From an uncultured Nitrospinota bacterium (GTDB lineage: Bacteria; Tectomicrobia; Entotheonellia; J063; CAVPRW01): a stretch of 64,000 nucleotides of DNA. The first letter of the stretch is position 1. Each line of letters opens with the position of its first letter. This document shows positions 1-11,858 of the stretch, one piece after another. The DNA lies in contig CAVPRW010000042.1 of assembly GCA_963707985.1 (NCBI GenBank), forward strand, positions 128,001-192,000, in the 5' to 3' direction. Made by a program: the position numbers and the translations under genes. Under the pieces are notes generated by a model. That model was not told where the DNA came from. It saw only the letters and a program-made list of their open reading frames with translations, and did not search any database.

Positions 1-3000
1 GTCGACGCTGAACCCTTCGGCCACGTCCTGGAGATCGGCCACCAGCGTCAAGTCGGCGAAGATCTGCTCGAGACGCCAGCGCGCCACCGCCTTGTAGGCC
101 TCGTCCAGGGCATCCCCAAGGTCGATGGGTCGCCCCGCCAGGTCAGTGACCGGCCACTGACGCGCCACCTCGCCCAGCGCCGGACCCAACGCTGACAGGT
201 AGAGGTCGGTCCCAGACAAGCCCTGCTTCTGGAAGCGCTCTGCCGCACCCCGCGCCACACGGGCCACCCGCTGCTGGACCGTGCCCCAATTCCCCACCGG
301 CTGCTCGGATTCTTCGTGAGGTTGGCAGAGGAGCAACACGGTGCTACGAGCGGCATCGAGGCCGCGGATGTTCAGGCTGGACTCGGCTTCCGTATGGATA
401 GGCACCGAGCTACGAATGTCGAAACCTGCGCGGATGAGGGCCATACCGAGGGCGCGCCAGGCCCTCGTCAGCCTGTGATTGAACATCACCACCATGCGTC
501 CCGCTGGATGCAGGAGCTGCCGTGATCGGCGGAAGATGGTCGCCATTTTGTCTTCGTAGAACCGATCAGCACGCTCCTCAGCCGTTGACGGTTTAGGGCC
601 CGCCGCTACGAGTGCCTGAGCCTTGGCCTCGGCGACCTTGACCTTACGCTGGCGCAATTCCTGGTAGGCCGCGTTGTAGCGAGCCTGCCAGGCGGCGAGT
701 TCGGCGTCGGCCTCTTTTTGCCAGTGGGCCGCGTTGGCCACGGCCTCGCGGGTGGATTCGGCGAGCGGCTCGCGCATGAGATGAGCCAGCGCAGGCGAGT
801 CGCGCAGCGCGCGCTTGAGCCAGACATAGAAGAAGTTGGAGAGCTCTGCATACTGGACGTTCTTATAGTAGGGAGGATCGACGCAGATCAGATGCACCGT
901 CCCTGCGGCGGGGGTGGAGAGCGCGGCCGCGTCATCACAGGTGATGGTGGGGACAATCACTTCGGGCCGAAGATGGCTCTCGCCGGTTGGCTCGAATGGG
1001 GCAGGAGCCTCCAATGCCTCCCCTGCATCATCGGCTTCCTCAGTGTCGAGACCGGCTTCCTCATCCAGCTCATCCATTTCCTCATCGTCCGCACCTTCGA
1101 GGGACACTGGCTCCCCATGAATCAGCCGCGCCAGAGAATCATAGGCGTTGATCACTTGCGCAGCACCCCACATGACGGTCTCACGGGCGCCCTCAAATTC
1201 CGCAGAAGGCGGCACGGAACGCAAAGTCATGCCGCGAAAATGTCTGCGCACCCTGTTCGCCGCCTATAATGCCAGAAGGTATTGACGCTATTATAGTTCA
1301 CCACCTTGCTCAGAATGAAGGCCAGATAGACGCTCACGGCTTCGGCTTCGGCCTCGGGCAGTTCGGCTCGCGCCCGCGCTTGAGCCGCGCGGATTTCCTC
1401 CAGGATTACGACATTGGTGAGAAGCTGGCGGGGGAGGAAGAGGTCACGCCAGCGTGTGCAGTCCCATACTTCCGCGGCTCGCTTGTCTTCCTATCCTTCT
1501 GGGACATCCTCGGTCGGGATGAGATCCTGCGCTTCCCAGCGCGGTCGAAGTCGGGCCAACTCCTCTTTGGCAGCCTGGACCGCCTCGAGGTCAGCCTGGG
1601 TCGGCGCGCCGGAAGCGCCACAAGTAGCGGATCTTCACATCGCCGTTTTTGTAGGTCAGTTTGACCGGCACTTGAGAGCACACCGCATACATCTGGGCTG
1701 CCAGTCCTCCCTCTCGGGATCGGGCAATCGTCTTGACGGCCTCTCCGTCCATGATCTGCCCACAACGCGGACAGATCGCCTTGCCGTCCTTGAATGTCGG
1801 CGTCCCTCGCGGATCCCAGCTCTCGAAGCCAGGTCGCGGCCAGATACAGTCTTGCCACTCGGCGCGGGGTACGATACGGAAGGTGCAGTCGTTCCCTTCA
1901 CCGCGCGATGGCACCACAGGAAACACCGCGATGCTCGCCTCGGGCTTCCCTTTTTTCGAGACGAGCAGGAAGTTGGTGGAGAGTGGAATATTCAGGTCGC
2001 ATCTGGAGCAGGGGACGGTTCTGACACCAGAGGCAGTCCCTGGTTACGCATCATCCGAGCCGGTTCGCGAATCTACGATAGTCTTGCGTGAACTGTTGCT
2101 GACCACGCTCTTTCCTTCGGCAGGCCACCATAATCTTCAGGCTCTGCTGTAAAAGAACGTAGACAACCGACTACGAACAGCATTGTCAATTTCCTGTGCC
2201 AGTATGTTCTAAGCATCGACACGTAGCCCACGACCAAATCGTGCGGGGTACTCGAGAGTTGCCTTGAGTATCAGGCAGGCCACCGGATTTAGTTCATTGG
2301 CATACACCTTACAGCCATACCGGATCGCCTTCAAGCGGGATTGAACCTCCACCAGCCATGCGAATCGAGCAATACCATAGTGGGCCGTCGTCGAGTCCAG
2401 CAATGCGCGCTCTCGGCAGATCTGAAGCAATGCATGGAGCAACTCTCAGCATGGAGAGACTGCAAAAGCCGGGAGATGCCGATAGACCAGTGCATCGGGC
2501 AATGGGATCGGTCTACCGCCAATGAGGTAGTTCCTCACGAATGCCATCCGCCGGTATGCCGAGTCTGCATCCCCAATGATCCCCATGGCGCGCAAGAAGT
2601 TCTCGTGCTCTTGTGTGAGTGGCGTTGGTCTTACCTCGGAGAGCAGCCGCTCAAAGAAATCCCGATGTGGCTGAAGCTTGGGAGGTAGGTTGTCCAGATC
2701 CTCCGCTGTTGGCTCATCGGCCAGCGGGGGAAGCACGGAGTCGTCCAGTTGCAGGTCATGTGGCAGCAAGGCCGCCAGGATGGCCGCGCGACAGATCGTC
2801 GGTGGACGGCGCGCCCACCAGATGTGCAGGCGGTTCTGTGGTGGGCGTTGCCGGGCATTATTATCCCGCTGGCACTCGGCCGAGAGCGACGCACATGGCA
2901 GACCGGCCTCAAGAAATGATGCTTTGGTCTTCACGAACGCCTGGCTCACTAGACCTCCTCCTGTTCCGTTTTTCCGGCGGCGCGTGTCACTCCGTTTCAA

Positions 3001-3036
3001 CACCCCTCTCCTGGCAGACTTGCGCTGCTGCTTCAT
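1..3036 (-). CDS. DUF1156-family adenine-specific DNA methyltransferase with Zn ribbon; several frameshifts; 3' end beyond the window
   Basis: N-terminal RLHIWWARRPP; SAM motif MAGGGSIPLEA (~2330-2360) followed by ELNPVACLILKATLEYP; CPRCG; catalytic VDPPYY..VQYAELSNFFYVWLKR at ~810-885. The pieces lie in different frames. Confidence 0.85.
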
Positions 3037-3049
3037 CCCCGAGGCATCA

Positions 3050-3673
3050 TCAGGTGCCGATGGATGTCATATCAATGCCTAACGGCTCTGTAGCCACCTC
3101 GTCTGCATGGCTCTCCTGGCCCTCGCCGAACAGATCGCTCCTCGTCATCGAGAACAGTGTTGGCTCGGTCTCACGTGGCCGCTTCCGCTGACGGATCACG
3201 GCGTCTTCTTCGCCCTGTTCAGCGGGCTCTTCGTGGGTCAGTAACGTTCGCAGGGCGGCCCGACCCGCGGACTGCCGATACCCATAAAAGCACAGCGTGA
3301 ACCAGTACAGCACGACTTCTGACGGCAGCTCTTCCAATCCCTCGCGGAACATGCGCCGCTGTTGCGGTGTAGCCAGCCAGCGGGCAGCTGAAAAGGCCAA
3401 GGCCAGCCGCATGCCATCTTCCGGCATGAGCCAGCGCGGCTCGGCTTGGGGGCCAAACGCCTCGGCCGAGATCGCACTGGGGGCTTCCGCCCGGGAGAGG
3501 AAGGGGCCGGCCATCTGACGGAGCCACAGGGTCGCCTCGGGTGTCGCTGAGGAGCCCAGAATCCGTCCGTCGGCTTCGCGGAGCGGTCGATGCGGATGTT
3601 GGGGAAAGAGATGCAGCTCCCAAATCTGGCCGCGTTTCGGCTCATGACGAACGCGCAGCCGAAAGCGCTCCAT
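3050..3673 (-). CDS. Small accessory protein of DUF499/DUF1156 operons (DUF3780-like)
   Basis: 207 aa ORF coupled between the DUF499 and DUF1156 genes; C-terminal LPSEVVLYWF...GRAALRTLL. Confidence 0.6.
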   Translation of the reverse strand: MERFRLRVRHEPKRGQIWELHLFPQHPHRPLREADGRILGSSATPEATLWLRQMAGPFLSRAEAPSAISAEAFGPQAEPRWLMPEDGMRLALAFSAARWLATPQQRRMFREGLEELPSEVVLYWFTLCFYGYRQSAGRAALRTLLTHEEPAEQGEEDAVIRQRKRPRETEPTLFSMTRSDLFGEGQESHADEVATEPLGIDMTSIGT

Positions 3674-6600
3674 CAGGCACCTCCCGCTCGCCTGGTCCGC
3701 ACCGGCACGATACAGCCCTCCATGTTCCCCTGGTTGGCGTTCATCAGCGCCGTCCGATAGATTTCCAGAGCCGCATCGGTCAGATCAACCGGAGGAATGA
3801 AGGTGAGACGCACGGTGATCGTGACCTCCAACTCGCCCTGGCTTTTGAAGGGCCAGACCGGAGAGAGCATCGCACGCACTTCCTCGAAACGCCCCTCAAA
3901 CTCGGTGCGCACGGTTTCTTGCTTGCCGCTCACCTCACGCTGGCCGCTGGCCATGACGGATGTATGGGGCTGCGCCATCGGTGGGCGATCCGCCCAGGTG
4001 GCCAGCAGGGTATTATCGAAGGCGTCACGGTCGTTCACCGTGAGCGTGATTTCGGAAATCTGCACCTGTCGGAATCCACCCAACGTCTCCCACAGCTGGG
4101 TCAGCACTTCCCTGGGCGTGCCAGCGTGCGTGACCGGCTGTGGCCCCCGACCTGGGCGCAGGGCATCCAGTTCACGTGCCAGCGGGGATGCCGGATCGAC
4201 GAGCACCCAGGCAGGGCCTATCTGAATGGCCGGTTCAGGGATATCACCCTGAGTGAAGAACATCTCGTCGGCCCCCTTTCGCCAGGCGGCCCAGCTGCCC
4301 TCCCGTACGCCTTGCCGCAGGACCGTCTCCAGGTGCGGACGCGTCAAATCTCTCCAAATGCCGCGGGCGTGGCGCTCCAGATCTTCCGTGGCCAATTCCT
4401 CCGCTCGGCTTGGCCAACAACGCGAGCGCAGCGTGAGGAGGGTGATGGGAGGCGCTTCAGCGACCCCTTCAGTCGTGGGGCGTGGATAGATGCCCTGGTC
4501 AAGGGCCGCCTGATACGTCCACACCTCCACGGCCTCGTCGAACCGCGGCGTTCCCGGCCATTCCTGGATCTCCTGAGCGCCAATGGCCAGGTTCGGTCCG
4601 CGCAGGTAGAGCACCCATCGATGCTCACGAGCCCCTTCCTGAAGCGCCTGCCAAAGCACGCTGGCCTCGGGCATCACGGGGAAGTGCGCACTCGCCTTGG
4701 CGGCTTCCATGAGGTGTCTCGTCGTCACACTGCCCACGTGATCAGCCCCCTGCCGTCGCCACAGGTGATCCCAGACCTCCTGGGGCGACATGGTCACCAC
4801 GGGCATGATGCGATCGGCGATGGCGGCGGCGGGATCATACAAGAAGTGATTGGCTGCCAGCACGGGGGAGAGAGCATGGGCGTTGTCCCGGGTATAGACC
4901 TTCTTCTCGGCCTGATTGTAGTAGACCCAGAGCGCCTCGGGAATGGTCGTGAGCCCAGCCCGAAGGGTCGGAAAGAGGTCGGTCGCCCTGAGGACGATCG
5001 GCAGCTCAGGCTCCTTGCGGAGCCGGTCCCAGACCTCCTCTGTGGCGATGCGGCGTTCGTCTGGCAGCCACAGCGGCCGCCGGCGCACGACTTCGGGGGC
5101 CAGCACGACCGCTCCCTCAGCGTCAGCCTCCGGCACCAGCTTGGTGTTCTGCCGCAGGCACTGCAGGATCGGCCCTTCGGCCACCGCGTGGCGGATGTTG
5201 CGCCGCGTGCGAGCCGAGATGGTCTCGTCCGGCGTTTCGCCAAAATCGACCCGATAACACTCCAACAATGGCCCTCCAGGGCCAGCCGTAAATAAGTCGT
5301 CCGCCGACGCGCTCTCCCCCTTAGGAAAGGCGAGCACCCGATAGGCTTCCAGCAGCCTGGTGCGGACATTCACTTCCTGGACGCCGAACTTCTCCTGCAC
5401 CTCAGCCAGGTCGTTCTCCAGGGCGACGAACTCTGCCGGGACCCCTGAGGCGCCCCGTTGGGCCTGTCGCTTCAAGGCTTGGTAGTCCATCGCGCTGGCC
5501 TGGGCCAGGTTGGCTTGCTCGGTCTCGATGTCCTTGCGGACCCGTTCCCAGGCCATGAGGTTCCGTACGGCATCCTTCAGCCCGGCGATGCGTGTGCTTT
5601 CCGCCAACAAGAAGATGAGGTTATTGCGGTAGGTGCGGGGACCTGCGTTGACGCCCTTCTGGGTGAAGAGCGCCTTTGGTCAAGTTCAGGCGATCGCCTC
5701 CCCCGACAGCACCGCATTCTTTGTCGTAATGCACGATGACCAGGCGCACCCGCTCCGCGGTGTCGGGAATGGCGGTATGGTCCTGCGGAAAAGGGATGAC
5801 CTGAAAGGCGTTAAAGCCGGAATAGACCTCTTCGATCCAATCGTCCAGCGTCTCCCGGACCTCGCCGGGTTGGACTTCGGTGAGTCGCTCCTGGAAGCGT
5901 TTGTTGACCGATGCACGCGTGCGGAAGAAGTAGTGCTCGCCTTCGCGGCGCATGTACCAGGCCCGTCGTTCGGTCTCTTCCAACCCGCGCGCCACATACG
6001 CCAGATCGCAGCCAGGACGGCCGATCGCCAGGGCCACTTCCGAGGGCGTCATCCCCTTGGACCCGTCGGGCAGGCTATGCAGGAAGGTCACGAGTGCCGC
6101 CTCAGTGGCCGCGTGCCAGGGCCAACCTCCCTCGACCTGGTTGGCGTGCGTGCCCCCTTCGGACCGCATGACGTCGGCCTCCAGGCCACGCTCGAACGCC
6201 GTTCGTCCCAGTCGGCTCAAGATCTCGTCGCGGAGGTCGCTGCGGGTCAGATCGACATGGTGCGGTTGCAAGAGCAGCGTGCCTTTGAGCTGCTGCTTCC
6301 GGTCCCAGACGGCGCGCATGGTCCGGGCCACGAGCCGTAAGGCCCCGCGCGTGGCCTGGAATTCAGGGATGTCGGCGAGACGCTCGGCGAACAGGCGGAT
6401 CAGCTCCGGATGGAAGGGGTAGCCGACGCGGATCTGCTCGATGTAGTTTGGCTCAAAGGCCCGACTATCAAGCTGCACCCCGGCATCACGCTGCTCCGCA
6501 TAGTAGGCGGCGTACGCTTCTGCCACCTTGGTGGCTTGGGAGGCATTGACCTGCTCGAAAAGGCGGCGGCCGAGGACGGCGGCCCGCTCATACGATTGTG

Positions 6601-7471
6601 TTGGGGTCAGGTTACGGGCCTGCCGTGCGGCGGTCTGCTCCAGCTCATCGACGGTTTCGAGCACAGTGGGAATGAATTGCTTCAACTCGCCAGTCAGGCG
6701 GCGATTGGCATCTTGTTCGGAAGGCAGAGTGAGGATCACGGCCGTGTGGGGTCGTTGGGCCGCAATGCTGAAGAGCGTCTGGAAGAACGTCGGCCACTGG
6801 CTGTTGACTTTGCTACGCGGATGGTTCTCAGGCAAGGCAAAGGCTCGGGCCATATAGAGCACCAGTTCGTCCAGAAGGATCAAGACAGGCTGATCGCCCA
6901 GGGCCTCCCGCAAGTCTCCACGTCCAGGAACGACGCCCTGTTCGTCGTTCTCGCGCACCTGAGCATAGCCGACGAGACCGCCAGCCAGCAGCGCAATCTG
7001 GCCCCAGGGGGTATAGGTGCGAATCCGTTGGCCATCGATCTCATGCTCCTGCCCCCGTAGCGGATCGGACTCTTCTCCCACAAACGCGGCCACTCGAGCG
7101 GCACCGCGTGTGGGGAACCGATTGATCCCATAATCGGCCAGCCGCTCCGACAGGTGTTCACCTTCGCGTGCCACATGAACGGCCGCGATCAAGGCATGCG
7201 ATTTTCCACCGCCGAAGCCTGTTTCTAAACGAAAAATTGGCGTTCCACCCTGCACGCCTGCCAGTCGCTCTGCGACGTCTTTGATGAGGAGTTTGAGGTT
7301 TTCGGTGGGGTGCGTGCCAGCGAAAAAACGGACGGCATCTTGGTAGTCGGGATGCGCTCGCTGACGGAATACCTCCCAGAGATCGGCGGCGAAGATCGCA
7401 TCGGGTAATTCACCAGCCAGCACTTCGGGCCTTGGTTTGCATTGATCGAAAATCGAGGGCAAGGACGGCAT
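3673..7471 (-). CDS. DUF499-family AAA+ ATPase (~1260 aa), one frameshift near 5680
   Basis: FAADL motif, Walker A LETGFGGGKSH, Walker B ILLDE, YPFHPELI, FQATRGALR; ORFs 5621-7507 and 3673-5610 join through RTYRNNLIFLLAE; GGAGG before ATG 7471. Confidence 0.85.
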
Positions 7472-8400
7472 GGCAGCTCCTCCGGCCACACTTGATGACT
7501 GGGCCAACTGTGCGGTCCCTCGTACATCACGCTACGTCGCCGAGAGTTGGCTTCCTGGAGGACAATGAACGTCAATATTGTCGAGAATTCATCGGGATCT
7601 TGGAGAATCTATACCACTGAAGGTGTCAAAGAGCGCAAGGCACAAGGCTTTCCGCTACCGCACGTGGTACGATAAGCTCCGACAGGTATTCAACGAAATT
7701 CGCAACCCAGCGGTTGTTGCAAACCTGTCAGGTGAGGAGCCTCTATTTTTTTGCCTGTGTGCTCAGCATAAGATGTCGAGCGTGCCCGAAATCTCCATTG
7801 AGCTACAAGCTTTAGGAACGATGGACAGCGAGAATCCATGAAGATTATACTCTATTATTATCAATATTGATCATAAATCACGGATGATCGAGTAGGAATG
7901 GCTTGCTATTATGCACCATCCTGGGCATCGAAGCCAACTGTAGTAACTAGAATGAATTGAAATTCCAAAGACGGCACCTTGCAAAGCAATGAATTTCGAC
8001 TGCTGAATGTGAAGGCTATCCAATCGCGGTTCTATTTTTCAAGCTGTTAGAGGCGATCGGACCAAAGGTGGGGATAAAGAGGAAGCCCGGGCATAAGAAG
8101 AGGCGTTCGCCCGTTTGGGGTCCGAAAAAAGTCATTCGACGATGCGCAATAGCCCTCTCATGGACCAGTTAATGGCGAATTGGTTCGGACAGTGACAGGC
8201 AATCCGCTGTTCTGTGTCCATCTAGAGGACTGTCCGGGGTGTCTCTCCGATAGACTGCTAGCTGCCATTTTCCTTGTATCTGGTTTCAAGAAAAATGGAC
8301 AAAGTCGAGTAAGAGCTGGCGCTGGTTTGCCACATCCCTGCTGGGACGGGATGAGGGAGCCATGTGGTGCATGCCTCCCTCGCCCGCCCCCGAACCCAGC

Positions 8401-9063
8401 TTATTCATTCCATTGCTGCACAGTTCCCATGCCACGCCGCAGAAAATCCTGCAGCGACTGAAATTGTAAGTAGGGATTGAAGCGCTTTTCGTCGCCGATG
8501 GTGGAGTATGGCCTTGCTGCATAGTTATGGCCTGGGAACACCACGGTGCGCTCGTCGAGCTTGGCCAGCTTCTGGGTCAAGCTGTCGTACATATCTTCCG
8601 GGTTACTGCCTGGCAGATCGCAGCGGCCGCAAGCACCGATGAACAGCGTATCGCCAGAGATGAGATGATTCTGTACCAAAAAGCACTGCGAGCCAGGGGT
8701 GTGACCAGGCGTATGCAGAAAGGTGATGTCCACGTCCCCAACCCGTGTGGTGTCGCCACTGTCGACCTTGACCAGATCCGACCACACAGCCTTCATGAAC
8801 TCCGCTTCCACCTTATTGATATATACTTTGGCCTTGGTATGATTGAGCAAAGCTTCCACCCCATTGATATGATCGAAATGGCTGTGGGTGATGAGAATTT
8901 TCGTAATCGTCAGGTCCTGCTCCTGGGCCATGTCGACGATGCGATCCACCTCCCAGGCAGGATCGACGACCGCCACCTCACGGCTGTGAGGATCGCCGAC
9001 GAAGTAGACATAGTTCGCCATTGGCCCCAGCTCAACTTGTTTCAAATAAATAGATGAGTTCAC
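8401..9063 (-). CDS. MBL-fold metallo-hydrolase (glyoxalase II-like)
   Basis: THSHFDH, HTPGHTPG, SGDTLF, PGH; GTG start with GGAGG RBS. Confidence 0.9.
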   Translation of the reverse strand: MNSSIYLKQVELGPMANYVYFVGDPHSREVAVVDPAWEVDRIVDMAQEQDLTITKILITHSHFDHINGVEALLNHTKAKVYINKVEAEFMKAVWSDLVKVDSGDTTRVGDVDITFLHTPGHTPGSQCFLVQNHLISGDTLFIGACGRCDLPGSNPEDMYDSLTQKLAKLDERTVVFPGHNYAARPYSTIGDEKRFNPYLQFQSLQDFLRRGMGTVQQWNE

Positions 9064-9222
9064 GTTAATAGCCCTCCTGAAAATGGAGCATAGCACGCTA
9101 GTCATGCATAGGAATAGCCATGACAACGCACAGAATCACATCGTCAGTCGAGATTCCGACGGCCACATCATATATCATGATACGTTATCATACACGATTA
9201 CGATACATTTTTCCCTATTTCA

Positions 9223-10389
9223 TCAATAAGACTTCGGCAACCCTAAGACATGTTCTCCAATGTAATTTAACGCCATCTGCTGCGATACGGGGGCAATCTT
9301 GTAGAGTCGAATTTCGCGCCAGAGTCGCTCGACGTCAAACTCCTTGGCGTACCCGAAGCCCCCATGCGTCTGCAAGGCCCAGTCACACGCCTCAAAGCCA
9401 GCTTCTGCGGCCCGCAACTTGGCAATGTTCGCCTCTTTCCCACAGGGATGGCCGTGGTCGAACAGCCACGCGGCCTTAAACACCATGAGCTCGGTGCATT
9501 CCAGCTTTGAATACGCATCGGCCAGGGGGAACTGGATCCCCTGATTTTGGCCGATCGGTCGCCCGAAGACCACCCGTGATTTGGCGTAATCGACGGCGCG
9601 GGCGAGAGCCGCCCTGCCGATGCCTATGGCCTCGGCAGCGATGACGATACGCTCGGGATTGATGCCATCCAGGATGTGATAGAACCCTTCGCCCTCCTGG
9701 CCGATGAGGTCGTCACGGTGGACGTGGAGCTGATCGATGAACAGGGAATTCGAATCCACCGCGTGCCGACCGAGTTTGTCGATTTCCTGGAGACGACAGG
9801 CGTTGGGGTCTAAATCGGCCATGAACAGGCTCATGCCCTTGGTTTTCCTGGTTACCTGATCGAAGGGAGTAGTGCGGGCCAGGAGCAGCGTCTTCTGGGC
9901 ATATTTGGCATTCGAGGTCCAGACCTTTTGACCGGAGACTACCCAGTCATCGCCATCCCGTACGGCGCGCGTCGAGATGCGGGTCGTATCCGTCCCAGCG
10001 TCGGGTTCGGTCACGGAAAATGCCATGCGCAGCTCACCCGAAGCTAATCGGGGTAGATAGCGACGCTTTTGCTCCTCTGTCCCATACTTGATGATAGGCA
10101 TGGGCGGGAAGATGCCGAAGTGAATGGGCGCGCAACCCGTCGTGCCGGCTCCCGAGGCGGCGATCTCCAGCAGGAGAATACACGCTTCCGTAATTCCCAA
10201 TCCGGCCCCGCCATATTCCCGTGGCATGGCGATACCGAGCCAACCAGCTTTGGCGAACTCGTCAAAGAACTCGTGCGGATACTCGCCGGTTTTATCTTTG
10301 TTCCGCCAGTACTCCCATTCGAACTTGCGAGCCAGATTGCGCACTTCGGTGCGAATGAGCTCTTGCTCCTCCGTAAAGCCGAAATCCAT
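9223..10389 (-). CDS. Acyl-CoA dehydrogenase
   Basis: FSVTEPDAGTD, GQKVWTS, RVVFGRPIGQNQGIQF, THGGFGYAKEFDVER. Confidence 0.92.
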   Translation of the reverse strand: MDFGFTEEQELIRTEVRNLARKFEWEYWRNKDKTGEYPHEFFDEFAKAGWLGIAMPREYGGAGLGITEACILLLEIAASGAGTTGCAPIHFGIFPPMPIIKYGTEEQKRRYLPRLASGELRMAFSVTEPDAGTDTTRISTRAVRDGDDWVVSGQKVWTSNAKYAQKTLLLARTTPFDQVTRKTKGMSLFMADLDPNACRLQEIDKLGRHAVDSNSLFIDQLHVHRDDLIGQEGEGFYHILDGINPERIVIAAEAIGIGRAALARAVDYAKSRVVFGRPIGQNQGIQFPLADAYSKLECTELMVFKAAWLFDHGHPCGKEANIAKLRAAEAGFEACDWALQTHGGFGYAKEFDVERLWREIRLYKIAPVSQQMALNYIGEHVLGLPKSY

Positions 10390-10600
10390 CGAAATTCTCC
10401 TTGGACCTGCTCCTGTTGCGATGCAGACGAACAACGAGATTATGCCTTATCGTACTCATTCATCCAGGGGTGGGCAAGAGAATTGACATCAGCCTGGGGA
10501 GCTTATATCCTAGCTTAAAGTGGGGCCTTGCCATTGGTCCCAGCCCGTCTGATGTGATGCACACGTTATTGACGCTACCCGGAATGGATACATAAGCGTC

Positions 10601-11819
10601 ATGGGCGACACTGCTCTGGCAGATCTCCGCGTATTGGACCTGACCCATTATATTGCAGGTCCATATTGCACCAAGCTCCTGGCGGATTACGGTGCCGAGG
10701 TGATCAAGGTCGAGCGCCCTGACGGTGGTGACCCTGCCCGTCGCTATGGCCCATTCCCGCATGACCAACCCCACCCTGAGAAGAGCGCTCTTTTCCTCCA
10801 CCTGAACACCAATAAGCGCGGCATCACCCTCAATCTGAAAACCTCGGCGGGGGCAGATCTGTTCACCGAGCTCGTGCGTCAGGTGGACGTCGTGGTCGAG
10901 AACTTCAGCCCACGCGTCATGCAGGAACCTCGGGTTCACCTACGAAACATTGGAACGATTGAATCCCTGCTTGGTGATGACGTCGATTTCCAACTTTGGA
11001 CAGAGCGGTCCATATCGGGACTATAAGGCCCAGGACATCCTCATGTATGCCATGGGTGGCGCCATGCACCAGACCGGTGTCGCGGAGCGCGAGCCTATCA
11101 AAATGGCCGGGAATCTGATGCAGTATCATAGTGGCACGATGGCGGCAACGGCGACGCTGGTCGGAGCCTGGGGAGCACAGGTCCAGGGCATCGGCCAACA
11201 CATCGACGTATCCCTCTTTGAAACCCACGCCGGTACCGTCGATCGCCGCTCCACCTTCCTAGCGGCCTACGCCTATGCCGGCGAAACCATTCAACGCCAG
11301 ACCTCTGGATCGCAGGGGATGCTGCCGCGTGGCATTTATCCCTGTCAGGATGGCCACGTCTGTATCCATGTGACCAGCGAATGGTGGCCCCGTCTGGCAC
11401 AAATGCTGGAGCGCCCGGATTTACTCACGAACCCGAAGTTCGCCACCGCGGCCGCACGGATGAACGTCGAGCATCAGGGCGAGTTCGACGCCCTGTTCTA
11501 CCCCTGGCTGTTGGAGCGTACGAAACAGGAGATCATGGAGCGAGCGCAGGCGGCTCGGGTGCTGGCAACCGCCGTGAATACTCCAGAAGATGTCCTGCAC
11601 GATCGGCATTTTCGGGCGCGCGAGTTTTTCGTTGAGGTCGATCATCCGGACGCTGGTTGCGTGACGCAGCCGGGCCCACCCTTTCGCATGGCCGAGACCC
11701 CCTGGCGCATTCGACGCTGTGCCCCACGCCTAGGTCAGCACAACGAGGAAATTTACGGGGGAATGCTGGGCTTAAGTCAAGAAGAAGTGATGGTGTTGCG
11801 CGAGCAGGGAGTCATCTAG
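10601..11819 (+). CDS. Class III CoA-transferase (CaiB/BaiF), frameshift near 10930
   Basis: RVLDLTHYIAGPYCTKLLADYGAEVIKVE, NTNKRGITLNLK, SISNFGQSGPY, APRLGQHNEEI. Confidence 0.88.
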
Positions 11820-11858
11820 ACGACTGCCTTGTGGGTTTTTTGTTGTGTGAGAGAAGCT

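Noticed and set aside
3541..5295. 584-aa plus-strand ORF
   Set aside because: Antisense shadow of the DUF499 gene with no motifs; typical of GC-rich DNA.
5610..5700. Programmed frameshift in the DUF499 gene (and other split genes)
   Set aside because: No slippery heptamer seen, and similar indels affect many unrelated genes, so error or decay is more likely.
7578..8400. Short ORFs or a tRNA/att site at the edge of the defence operon
   Set aside because: No recognisable protein motif, tRNA cloverleaf or integrase.
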